Of a DNA stretch of 16,632 bases, positions 1 to 9,535 are shown piece after piece. This stretch comes from Azolla caroliniana (taxonomy: Eukaryota > Plantae > Polypodiophyta), in contig JBHGNT010000733.1 in the NCBI GenBank assembly GCA_043228905.1, positions 1 through 16,632 on the forward strand, written 5' to 3'. The translations under genes were made by a program, and so were the position numbers. The notes beneath the pieces were generated by a model, which saw only the letters and a program-made list of their open reading frames with translations, was not told the origin of the DNA and did no database searches. Each line of letters begins with the position of its first letter. Position 1 is the stretch's first letter.

Positions 1-813
1 AAATAGTGTTCAGGCATTTCATCGGGTAGAATGAGACAGCATCTGCGAATGTTGAAGTAATGTCGGAAATGTTCTGTATCTAGAATCAACGTATTGTCGA
101 CATTATAATCTGGCCAGGTGTCCCAAAAATCAGAAAGTCTTTTCAATCTTGCAACATCCTTCTACTCACAATTCTCTCATGTCCACTGACCCTTGAAATG
201 TTGTCGCCACATCGGGAAGAATCTTTCTACACACTTCCACACATCTGTACGTGGTTTTTCGCTCCAAATAAACAAATCAAAGTATTGCATAGCCCACTCT
301 AGAAATTGATTTGCGTCCCTTGTTGGTGCCATATATCGCACACTCATCATGACTTTATCAAGGTCCAAGATCAAGGCTCTTCTTTCGACTTCTAATGGTT
401 TAGGTTTCCATTCCTATAACTTACCCTCTATTACACCAATTACTGGTAGCACATGATCAATTTCAATCAACTCAGGTTCTGTCGGCACAATTGGTGTCCT
501 TTTCCTCTTCAAACCCCTGGTCGAATGTGTTGGGCCTGGCTTTACATTCTGGTGCTCTTGTGTTGTCGACTTAGTCATTGGCTCGGTGCATGTAGATACT
601 GATATGGTTGGTATCATCCCACTAGTATCACATGCTGCATCTTCCTGCAAAATCAGATCATTTGTCCAACATGCTTGATCAACTTGCGTGACCAGATCAT
701 TTGTGTCAGTTGCTACATCTACTTTCAAGATGTGGCCCTCTAAACACGCAACAACATCAACAGTTTCCACACTGCCATCGGCCTTAGGAGCAATAGATTC
801 AACCGTTTAGACT
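1..813 (-). pseudogene. FCP1/NIF-like (CTD-phosphatase-type HAD) pseudogene, 3' exon; continues off the left edge
   Basis: ORFs 414-770 and 177-374 are one frame broken by in-frame stops (809-807, 416-414, 179-177, 164-162). Read through: ...RRALILDLDKVMM..APTRDANQFLEWAMQYFDLFIWS..GQWT*ENCE*KDVARLKRLSDFWDTWPDYNVDNTLILDT..FNIRRCCLILP. This matches the NIF motif order DxDx(T/V), F-L-(x)-F-D-x-x-x-W-S, K-x-L, NTL-x-x-D. Possible splice acceptor GCAG at 817-814. Confidence 0.65.
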
Positions 814-1095
814 CTGCGACATCAGAAAACACCAACATATTCACACTCACAAAGTAACTTACAGTCTCACAAAACAACATAATGAACATGAAATATTTTC
901 CATCGTAGAACAACATGAACATAATTATCTTGGAGAAACATCATAGAGTTCCATTACATAATGTGCTTAGAGCAACAAACAATATGGAGTTTTACTTGTC
1001 CAAATAGATCATAGTAAAACTTAATAAAACCCTAGGAAAATCGCTAACAATCATATCCCACTAATAAGTATTTCGCTCCATTTCAAGAGCCCCTT

Positions 1096-1551
1096 TGTTA
1101 CGGGCATGACCATTTAATATCCCATGGTGAGAATTTAACGTAGTATTCTATACACGTGGATAAGTGTGAGGGTTAAACGAGAGTGTAAAGAAGGGGAGGA
1201 TTACTTTTAATCCTCCGGATTGAGACAACCCATTAGGTCAAGTGTGAACTTGCCTGGGGGCCTTGGGTATCGCTATGAATAAGAGGCCTAGCTACCCTCA
1301 TTTGATCATCTTTTTGACTACATCGAGACTCTGCTCTTATGGTGGGTCAACTCTTGTAGCGAGTGCACCAGCACTAGGTACGACTCGACGCCATGGCGGT
1401 GGTATGGGACGCCGATCGAGGCTCGATTCCGTCTCGATCCCTCCGCTCGGGGGTGGTCGGGTGGATCGACACCCTTCTTTCTCTTTCTCCTTTCTATCTA
1501 TCATTAGTTTATCCTTATCTTAAGCTTACTTTAGTACCTAGATCTCTAATA
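1096..1551 (+). repeat. 5' LTR of element 1
   Basis: Begins TGTTACGGGC and ends CTCTAATA. Colinear with 8546-9001, with about 22 substitutions and no indels by manual alignment. Confidence 0.97.
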
Positions 1552-1553
1552 TT

Positions 1554-1565
1554 TGGTATCAGAGC
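1554..1565 (+). promoter_or_regulatory. Primer-binding site complementary to the 3' end of initiator tRNA-Met
   Basis: TGGTATCAGAGC 2 nt downstream of the 5' LTR; canonical plant PBS. Confidence 0.95.
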
Positions 1566-1853
1566 TATGTACTAATGTTTCTTTGTTTGTCTTTTGTCTT
1601 TTGATTGATGGTGATCGATCGATGTGCGGTCGGCCTTGATCCAGACAACGTTCACCAAAAAACTTCGGTAACTCTTTCTGTTATTTTTTTTTCTATTCTC
1701 TCTTCTCCCATCTAATCATGTCTTTAGTTTATATGTCTTTTTTTTTCATTAAGTCAATGATGTTGTAGTGGTCTTTAATTAATTATCTAAAATGTTTACA
1801 TATTTGCACAAGCTCAATACCTCGTTTGACATATAAATAATATGTGATGAGTG

Positions 1854-2066
1854 TCGTATGCGTACGAGGTTAATACCTCAAATACGTATTATGTTCACGA
1901 ACATATGTTACATTTGCGTATGAGTTTAATACCGTGATTTGTTGTAAGGGATATGCGTTTGGTCTCGTATGCGTAAGAGGTCAATACCTCAATTGCGTAT
2001 TACGATGATCTCTTATTTGTGGATGTTTCGTGTGCGTAGAGGTATATACCTTGATTACGTATCTCG
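1854..2066 (+). repeat. About 4 copies of a ~40-bp stem-loop motif in the element 1 leader
   Basis: TCGTATGCGTA-x-GAGGT-NNAT-ACCTC-x-TRCGTAT at 1854-1893, 1965-2004 and 2028-2066, with a degenerate copy at 1914-1939. Confidence 0.7.
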
Positions 2067-3240
2067 ATCACACCATTTGTGGCTATTTAATATAACGATA
2101 TGTTTAATATAGGCATATGTGGTCACGTATATACGTATTTGATTGTATATATGTGATAAGTAAACATATGTGTATATTCGTTATTGCATGATTATATCGA
2201 AAGTTGTCCTTGTCGGGAAAAGGATGTTGGTGGCCGTCCTCACATTTTTGTGAGAATGGCGTTGTCACCATCCCTTTTTCAACAAATTTTGATTGTTGAC
2301 AACCCCGTTGATGACCTCGATTTCGTTATGTAAAGAAACGCCTATAGCCATAATAATGTTGAGTACGTAGGGCTTGACCCACTTCAAGTGAGGTCGCTCC
2401 AATGTCACACGTATCCAACATCCCTCCCTCGTTACATGGATACGATGCCACCATGAGCTCGTTCTTACGAGAGGCATTCGTAATGACGTGACCATGTGAT
2501 GGGCCACGTGGGCCTACTATGAAACGACGGCTCATTTGGCTTGACCATTAGGTTTCACTTTGGCGTATGCCATCGCAATTACGAGACTTGAGGTTAGGTA
2601 ACGTACCAACATAGTTTTGGTAAATGAGGGCGAAATAAGGACCCTTGACATATATGTTCTTTTAAAAAAAACATATATGATCAAATGCCTCACATATCTC
2701 TTATACGCATCAAACATTAAGCATTCGAGAAGAGAAACTTACTTGGTTGGCTCAAGTGTTTAATGTATTTGTTCTTGAGGTCTCGAGTTCAAATATGACC
2801 AAGACCATACAACATCCTTGATACATATGACTATAACACATGTTTAGACTTAAGGTCTAAGTGCACCTCGAGGTCCTCGTAATAGGACTTAAAGAGCCGA
2901 AACCACATATGTGGGCAAAGAAACATAGTTTATTGTTAACATTTTTTTCGTGTATAAACTACTCATGATGCGAACATACATGGTTGAGCCTCGGGGAACC
3001 GCCATATAAAATCGATATAGAGATCAGGGAAAGACATTAAATTGTCACCCCCATGGTTTTTAAAACACCTTTGTGTTACCATAGTAACCTGATCTTGAAC
3101 CTCATCTCATACGTCTAGAGGGGTATTGACGTGAGATCATGATATCGATTAATGTTTGCCCATGATATGTTTACATCACGACATGATGTTATGACTATCT
3201 CTCTGACCTTATCCTATTTCTTTTCCAGAAATAATCTTTA

Positions 3241-4179
3241 ATGGCTCAAATTAATGACCCGATGTCATCCGCTCAAGCGGAAGGAACTCAAGGGACTCCT
3301 CTTGGACAAATGTCCACTGAGATGTATTTGGCACAAATAAGCCAATACCTTAGTTTCACCGCTCAACAAATGACCGAACTTCAGCAATCTCAGAGTGCTC
3401 TTGAGGCACGTGTCATTAGTCTACAACGTGAGACTAATAGACCTGATGAGCAACAAGGTGAACCATCATTTCTCGTTAAGCCATTTACAGGAGACAAAAA
3501 GGAAAGAACCGAAGAAGCAATCTGCACCTGGCTGGGACGATGGGAGTCTCATTTTCAGCTCTATCCCACGCCAGATAGTACGAAGATTGCATATGTCGGC
3601 CGAGAACTCGGGGGTAAGGCCGCCGCCTGGTGGCGTGGGCTCCGTACTATGGGGAAATTGCTCGATACCTGGACAGATTTTGTCACGGTTTTTAAGGGCC
3701 AATTTCTGCAACCTCCCTCTCGAACCGAGGCAGCACAAGCTTTAATGAACCTCTCTAGCAGGAAATTTTCCTCGCTAGAAGACTATGTTCACCATGCTAG
3801 AACCCAATTCCAAAAATCGGGTCTAGAAGGGGACAATTGGTTGATAGCTTGTTTTGTCAATGGCATCCCCAATTCGGACTATCACTGGATAGTGCATGAT
3901 AAGGATCCAAAATCCTTCGAAGAGGCCGTTGAAATAGTTCTTCGCTATCAACGCACTTCGAAGAAGGACCACAACAAACCCAATGAAGCGCCCGGGACTA
4001 AGAAGTCACAATTTGTTGGGAAACGCAAGACACCCAACGCATTCCTGGATCGCGATTGTAAGCAACAACATCCTTTTTGCGTATTCTGCAAAAAGAAGGG
4101 TCACACAAAAGAGCAATGTCAAAAGCTCCAACGGAAAGAGCACGACAACAAACTTAAAGCTTCAGACCATAAAGATTAG
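3241..4179 (+). CDS. gag: Gag of element 1 (retrotransposon capsid plus CCHC zinc knuckle)
   Basis: 312-aa ORF with L-x-G-x-A-x-x-WW...W-x-x-F-x-x-x-F capsid signature and CVFCKKKGHTKEQC (CX2CX4HX4C). Confidence 0.92.
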   Translation: MAQINDPMSSAQAEGTQGTPLGQMSTEMYLAQISQYLSFTAQQMTELQQSQSALEARVISLQRETNRPDEQQGEPSFLVKPFTGDKKERTEEAICTWLGRWESHFQLYPTPDSTKIAYVGRELGGKAAAWWRGLRTMGKLLDTWTDFVTVFKGQFLQPPSRTEAAQALMNLSSRKFSSLEDYVHHARTQFQKSGLEGDNWLIACFVNGIPNSDYHWIVHDKDPKSFEEAVEIVLRYQRTSKKDHNKPNEAPGTKKSQFVGKRKTPNAFLDRDCKQQHPFCVFCKKKGHTKEQCQKLQRKEHDNKLKASDHKD

Positions 4180-5688
4180 ATTCCTAATGTCCGTCAGGTC
4201 TATACACATCATTTAAGTAATTGTCAATGTTCTTTCCCTCACTATGTATTGGGTCCCAATGATTTACTACGTGCAAACAGGTATATCAATGGATCTCCTC
4301 TACAATTTTTATTTGATTCGGAAATCTCACACAATTTTGTGAATGATCGTTTGGTTCAGATATGGAGAATCCAACCCACCGTAAGTGATCACACCTACAC
4401 GGTGCAGTTGGCTGATGGAAGAGTACAATACATCAACGGGGCAATTCATTCATTAGGAATTTCTATTGATACTTATATAGAGGAACTAGACTTCCATGTA
4501 ATGAATCTTTGTACCACCGATGTAATACTGGGTTATCCCTGGTTTTATAATAAAAACTCTTCTTTATTTATTGGTTGGGTTCGCCATTCCATTTCTTTTG
4601 TACTGAACGATTTTACGCATTTTATTCAATGTATCAAAAAACAATCCCTCTCGATTGTTTCCTCGTGTTCATCAAAATCTGAGTTGTCTTGTTCTACGTT
4701 ATTTTATTGTGTACTTGATCCAGACATTCACATTTACAATATCGATAATGTCCTGGTTCAATTAACATATTTTGAACAACAACAACTTGATGAAATCTTA
4801 AATGATTTTCATGATGTTTTTCCAAGTGAACTACTTGATGGGTTACCTCCTAAACGTAATATAGACCATCGTATAGATATTGTACCTAGTGTTGCACCAA
4901 TAAGTATACCTCCGTATCGCTTAAGTCAATCCGAAGAAGATGAGGTATTTGAGCAAATCAAGGACTATTTACGAATGGGTTATATACGTTATAGTAAATC
5001 TCCATGGGGTGCACTAGTTCCCTTGGTAAAAAAGAAAGAGGGCACATGGCGTATGTGTATTAATTACCGACGCTTGAATAAAGTGACGATCAAGAATTCG
5101 TACCCATTGCCCCGGGTTGATGATCTAATTGACCGTCTCTAGGGAGCTCGGTATTTTACGAAACTTGATCTCCGTACTGGCTACCATCAAATACGAATAA
5201 GTGAGGACGATGTTCCTAAAACAGCATTTCGTACGCGCTATGGCCATTACGAGTTTTTGGTTATGCCTTTTGGTTTGACCAATGCTCCGGCTACTTTTCA
5301 ACAAGAAATGAATGACATTTTCCGAGAACAACTTGGAAAATTTGTCGTTATTTTCTTGGATGATATTTTAGTTTATAGCCATACATTAAAAGAACATGTT
5401 AGACATGTCCGCTTTGGTTTACAAACATTGTGTGACAAACAGTTTTATGCGAAGATCTCAAAATGTGAGTTCTTCAAGAAATCAATTACTTATCTAGGAC
5501 ATCTCATAACCGAACGAGGAGTTGAAATTGATCCTTTTCGCATTAAGAAAATCAAGCTTTGGCCCACTCTTCGGAATATTCGAGAAGTTCGATCATTCCT
5601 TGGTTTTGTCGGGTTTTTGCGAAAGTTTCTTCGTAATTACTCCCAATTGACGATGCCGTTTACTGATCTTTTAAAAGGTCAAACACGT
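4180..5688 (+). pseudogene. pol: pol of element 1, 5' part (aspartic protease and reverse transcriptase)
   Basis: Same frame as gag. Protease [12 protein letters not shown] (DSG changed to DSE); RT motifs [45 protein letters not shown]. Nonsense TAG at 5140-5142. Interrupted at 5688 by the solo LTR. Confidence 0.95.
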
Positions 5689-5757
5689 TGTCGTAGTGTA
5701 ATTTGCACACTACGTTAAAAATTACATTTTTGGTCTCTTCGGATAGGGCATGGAGTA

Positions 5758-5960
5758 CCCGGTGAGAACCGGAAGAAGGAACCGGTAAGGAGACCTGACA
5801 AGAGCCGGATGAAGAAGGCCGGTGAGAGTCGGTGAGAAACGGAAGAGGACCGGTAAGAAGGATTCGGTAAGAACTGGATAACGAAAATCGGCGAGCACCG
5901 GATTAAGCAGAACCGGAAAGAGCCGGATGAAGAAGGCCGGTGAGAGTTTCTCACCGGATG
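5758..5960. repeat. CCGG-cored, purine-rich degenerate tandem repeats in the solo LTR
   Basis: Many CCGG(T/A)RAG units; exact 30-bp repeat AAGAGCCGGATGAAGAAGGCCGGTGAGAGT at 5800-5829 and 5918-5947. Confidence 0.85.
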
Positions 5961-6015
5961 AAGAGACATATTTGTAAATAGAATAAAGTATAAATATATA
6001 TATCCTACATGCATC

Positions 6016-6076
6016 GGGCAAGATTCGAACCTTGCACCTCCATGTTAATAATGTTAAGCCTTATCACTATACTAGC
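6016..6076 (-). other. tRNA-like Pol III internal promoter module (A box and B box) in the solo LTR
   Basis: Minus strand TAGTATAGTGA (6074-6064) and GGTTCGAATCT (6031-6021), 32 nt apart; GCAAG/CTTGC T-arm-like hairpin. Confidence 0.6.
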
Positions 6077-6580
6077 GTATTATGAATTTTAAAGTTATAC
6101 TAAACTTTATCCCATGTAAAATTTCTAGACATGCATGGTACAAAAAGTTATTCATGCATAGACACTCGAGTAAAAAGAAAAGATGAGATAGAAACTAATC
6201 ATGCACATGCAGTGTGCATGAAAACTAAAAATAGGAAAAGCATGATGCTTGCATGTAATAAACTTAGACTCTTCCAACACTATATAAGGAAGAGAGAAAG
6301 ATGTATAGAGGTTGTTGATTATTTTACAAGGGTTGATCAATCTAATATATTCGTGGGATTCACGATTTTTTTCCATCTACTTCTCTCTTACATTCTAAGT
6401 ATCAATTAATACACTATACTCGTGGGATTCATGAGTTTCATATCTTCTTTCAAATATTTTTCTTTCTTGCAATCAATTCATAAGGAGCCTTATCTCATAT
6501 TCTTCTTTCTCCTAGTCCAAAACCTCAACGGTTCACACCCGACGCACGCAACGATCCGGAGCCGAAAGGCACGACAACGT

Positions 6581-8567
6581 AAGTCTACAAAACCTATTGT
6601 GTGGAATGCTACACTAGACCTCACCTTTAAGGAACTCAAGGTCCTGGTTTGCAAGGCTCCTTCACTTCTTTTACTTGATCCTTCAAAACCTTTTGACGTT
6701 GAAACCGATGCAAGTGATTATGCTATAGGTGCTGTCTTGTATCAAGATGGTAAACCAATAGCATTCGATAGTAAGAAACTTGATTCTGCTCAATGTCGGT
6801 ATACCGTTCAAGAAAAGGAATTATTTGCAGTTATACATGCGCTCAAAACATGGCGCCATTATCTTTATGGAAATCGCTTTGTGGTAACTACGGACCACGA
6901 GTCCTTGAAATATTTTTGTGACCAACAAGACCTAAAAGGTCGTAAGGCAGGATGGGCTGATCTTATCTAGGACTTTGATTTTTCCATACGATATCGTAAA
7001 AGGTTCCATGAACACTGTCACTAATGCACTAAGTCGCATCTGTGAAGTTAACATGCTTAGCTTCACTAAAATAACATCAGATCTTTATGATCACCTTCGA
7101 GGAAAATATCTTGATGACAGTTATTTTGCAAAATATTGGGCAAGAGTTGAGTCTGGAACAGACACCACCACATCCTCGAAGGAATACTTCCACATTGCTA
7201 ACGGTTTGCTCTACCGTAATGGGAAGGTTTGTGTTCCAGATTTACCTGAGGTCAAAAAGAGGATTCTTTTTTAATACCATGATGCACCCTCACCAGGGCA
7301 CCCTGGAATACATCGTACACTCGTTCTCATCTCCACTCAATTTTATTGGTCTAAGATGCGTCCTGACATACATAGCTATGTGACTAAATGTCACCAGTGT
7401 CAGGTTAACAAAGCCGAGCAACTTAAAGCCGCAAGACTTTTACATCCCTTGGACATTCCCAATAATAATTGGGAAAGTATATCCTTGGATTTAATTGTTA
7501 GCTTTGCTCGCACCGAAAAAGGTCATGATGCCATCTGGGTTGTCGTTGAAGGACTAACTAAAATAGCCAGATTTATTGCTACTAAAACCACGGTAACAGC
7601 TCTTGAATTGGCTTACTAATTCATTGACGAATTATTTCGTTTTTATGGGTTACTGATGGATATCGTGAGTGATCGAGATCCAAAGTTTACTAGTGACTTC
7701 TGGACGCAAGTCTTTAAGAAGTTAGAAACTACGTTGAGCATGAGCTCCACGGATTATCCTCAATCTGATGGACAAACAGAACGAGTAAATAAAATTATTG
7801 AGGACATGCTTCGAGCATATGTTGGTGCAAAACCAACAAAATGGGAATGTTATCTCCCAATTTTGGAGTTTGCTTATAACAGCTCCAAGCATACGTCGAC
7901 AGGATATAATCCTTTTATGTTGATGTATGGTTTTCAGCCACGAGCCCCGATTCATGTTAATATACATCATGATGAGTTGCGGAGTACGCAAAACTTTCTT
8001 TGGGATATGTAAGATATGTTGCATATTGCACGAGATAATATAAAAACAGCTCAAGATAGAGCGCGTTTTTATGGCGACCATCATAGGAAACCTCGTGTAT
8101 TCAACCCTAGACAGAAGGTATTTTTACGTGTACCTCACAATTCTAAGACATTGTCTACGGGTAAGTGCGCTAAGTTAGCCCCACGGTTTTGTGGACCTTT
8201 TATAGTCCTCAAACATATTGGGCCATCAGCCTATCGTCTCGCTCTTCCCGATGGTGTTGGAATTCATCCGGTCTTTCATGTGAGTCATCTAAAAGAACTT
8301 CTAGGTTCTGGTGACAATACAGTTACAACTGAAACTCTGGTTACTTCTAAAGATTTATGTTCTAAACCACATGTACCAGAAAGAATTCTCGATGTTAAAA
8401 CAAAAAAGTTACGTACTAAAGATATCCGAGAATTTAAAATTAAATGGATGGACAAATCTATCAAAGATGCCACATGGGAACGCGAGAATACTCTAAGAAC
8501 AAACTTCCCTAACTTTCCATTGCAATGTTTTAAAGAAGGGGAGTATGTTACGGGCATGACCATTTAA
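6581..8567 (+). pseudogene. pol: pol of element 1, 3' part (RNase H, integrase, chromodomain)
   Basis: RH motifs ETDASDYAIGAVL, EKELFAV, TDHESL; IN HHCC (YHD..GHPG..CHQC), SDRDPKF, DGQTERVN, RFCGPF; group-II-type chromodomain PERILD..FKIKW..DATWE. Stops end at 6970, 7274, 7619 and 8012, with a +1 frameshift near 6998-7001. Confidence 0.93.
8532..8543 (+). promoter_or_regulatory. Polypurine tract of element 1
   Basis: AAAGAAGGGGAG 2 nt before the 3' LTR. Confidence 0.9.
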
Positions 8568-9001
8568 TATCCCGTGGTGAGAATTTACCGTAGTATTCTA
8601 TACACGTGGATAAGTGTGAGGGTTAAACGAGACTGTAAAGAAGGGGAGGATTACTTTTAATCCTCGGGATTGAGACAACCCATTAGGTCAAGTGTGAACT
8701 TGCCTGGGGGCCTTGGGTATCGTTATAAATAAGAGGCCGAGCTACCCTCATTTGATCATCTTTTTTACTACATCGAGACTCTGCTCCTGTGGTGGGTCAA
8801 CTCTTGTAGCGAGTGCGCCAGCACCAGGTACGACTTGACGCCACGGGGGTGGTATGGGACACCGATCGAGGCTCGAGTCCGTCTCGATTCCTTCGCTCGG
8901 GGGTGGTCGGGTGGATCAGCACCCTTCTTTCTCTTTCTTCTTTCTATCTATCATTAGTTTATCCTTATCTTAAGCTTACTTTAGTACCTAGATCTCTAAT
9001 A
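8546..9001 (+). repeat. 3' LTR of element 1
   Basis: 456-bp copy of 1096-1551, followed by TSD CCCTT; retains TATAAAT at 8724-8730. Confidence 0.97.
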
Positions 9002-9535
9002 CCCTTGACCGAGAAATTGGTCTTGTCCCCGATCGTGGCCCCTTCTTCAGCCTTTTCTAGTTGGTTGCCCATTTAGCCTTGCTTCTTTGACCCATTGCGC
9101 AAGTGTCTCCTCCTCCGACAGCCTTTCCATCACCTCATGAGCGGCTTGTAGGTAAACCACATCTTGCACTAGCTTTTCCAGTACAATGGGATCAGTTTGG
9201 ACATTATCAGTAGTTGGGCTCAGTGGGGTGGAATCAATGTTTTGGGTTTCGAAGAAATGTTGCATCAAGTGTTCAAAAACACTATTGTTATGAACCTCAG
9301 ATTTACATGTTGTTTCCAATATTTCATGGCTTTTCACATCGTTGCCTAATTCATTACCATCTTCCAAAAGAATAGGGTGGAGTTGATCTGAAGGAGATGT
9401 GATAGCAGGACTCTTACTTTCAGCCACGTTGGCAACTATCTCCTCATCGGTTGCAGCGTCATCAGCACCAGACACCTCATGCGCCCTCCTTAATCCACAA
9501 GATTCTACAACAACATGGTCGCTAATTAGGTACAT
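9002..9535 (-). pseudogene. Probable upstream exon of the gene interrupted by element 1 (acidic low-complexity N-terminal region)
   Basis: 162-aa ORF. After TGA at 9049-9047 the frame continues RRGHDRGQDQFLGQG through the TSD into ALEMERNTY (1090-1064) on the other side of the element. Same strand as the NIF-like exon. Confidence 0.45.

Larger units (their letters stand above)
5689..6576 (+). mobile_element. 888-bp solo LTR nested in element 1 pol
   Basis: TGTCGT...ACGACA terminal inverted repeat and 4-bp TSD ACGT (5685-5688, 6577-6580). Removing it restores the frame G-Q-T-R|K-S-T-K-P. TATATAA at 6281-6287 suggests + orientation. No coding capacity. Confidence 0.9.
1096..9001 (+). mobile_element. 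Full-length, degenerate Ty3/Gypsy chromovirus LTR retrotransposon (element 1, ~7.9 kb including the nested solo LTR)
   Basis: Two 456-bp LTRs, 5-bp TSD CCCTT (1091-1095 and 9002-9006), tRNA-iMet PBS, PPT, and domain order gag-PR-RT-RH-IN-chromodomain. Confidence 0.97.

Noticed and set aside
1263-1575. LTR-encoded small ORFs (also 8813-9076)
   Set aside because: Non-ATG or frame-variable starts that differ between the two LTR copies; no recognisable motifs.
2265-2717. Antisense ORFs in the element 1 leader
   Set aside because: Short (61-80 aa), in different frames and without recognisable domains. A decayed antisense accessory gene cannot be excluded but is unsupported.
4177-4179. Programmed stop-codon readthrough between gag and pol
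   Set aside because: The TAG is in frame at the gag/pol boundary, but the element has several other TAG/TAA stops explainable by C>T decay and lacks a CARYYA readthrough context. It cannot be supported without the family consensus.
6016-6076. Functional tRNA gene
   Set aside because: No convincing acceptor, D or anticodon stems; only the promoter boxes and a T-arm-like hairpin remain. The same applies to 13077-13137.
5715-6409. Extra ORFs or an env-like gene inside pol
   Set aside because: These ORFs lie within the solo LTR and come from low-complexity CCGG repeats or AT-rich sequence; no recognisable domains.
5140-8012. Stops repaired by U-to-C RNA editing, as in fern or hornwort organelles
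   Set aside because: This is nuclear retrotransposon DNA with frameshifts as well; methyl-C deamination is the simpler explanation.
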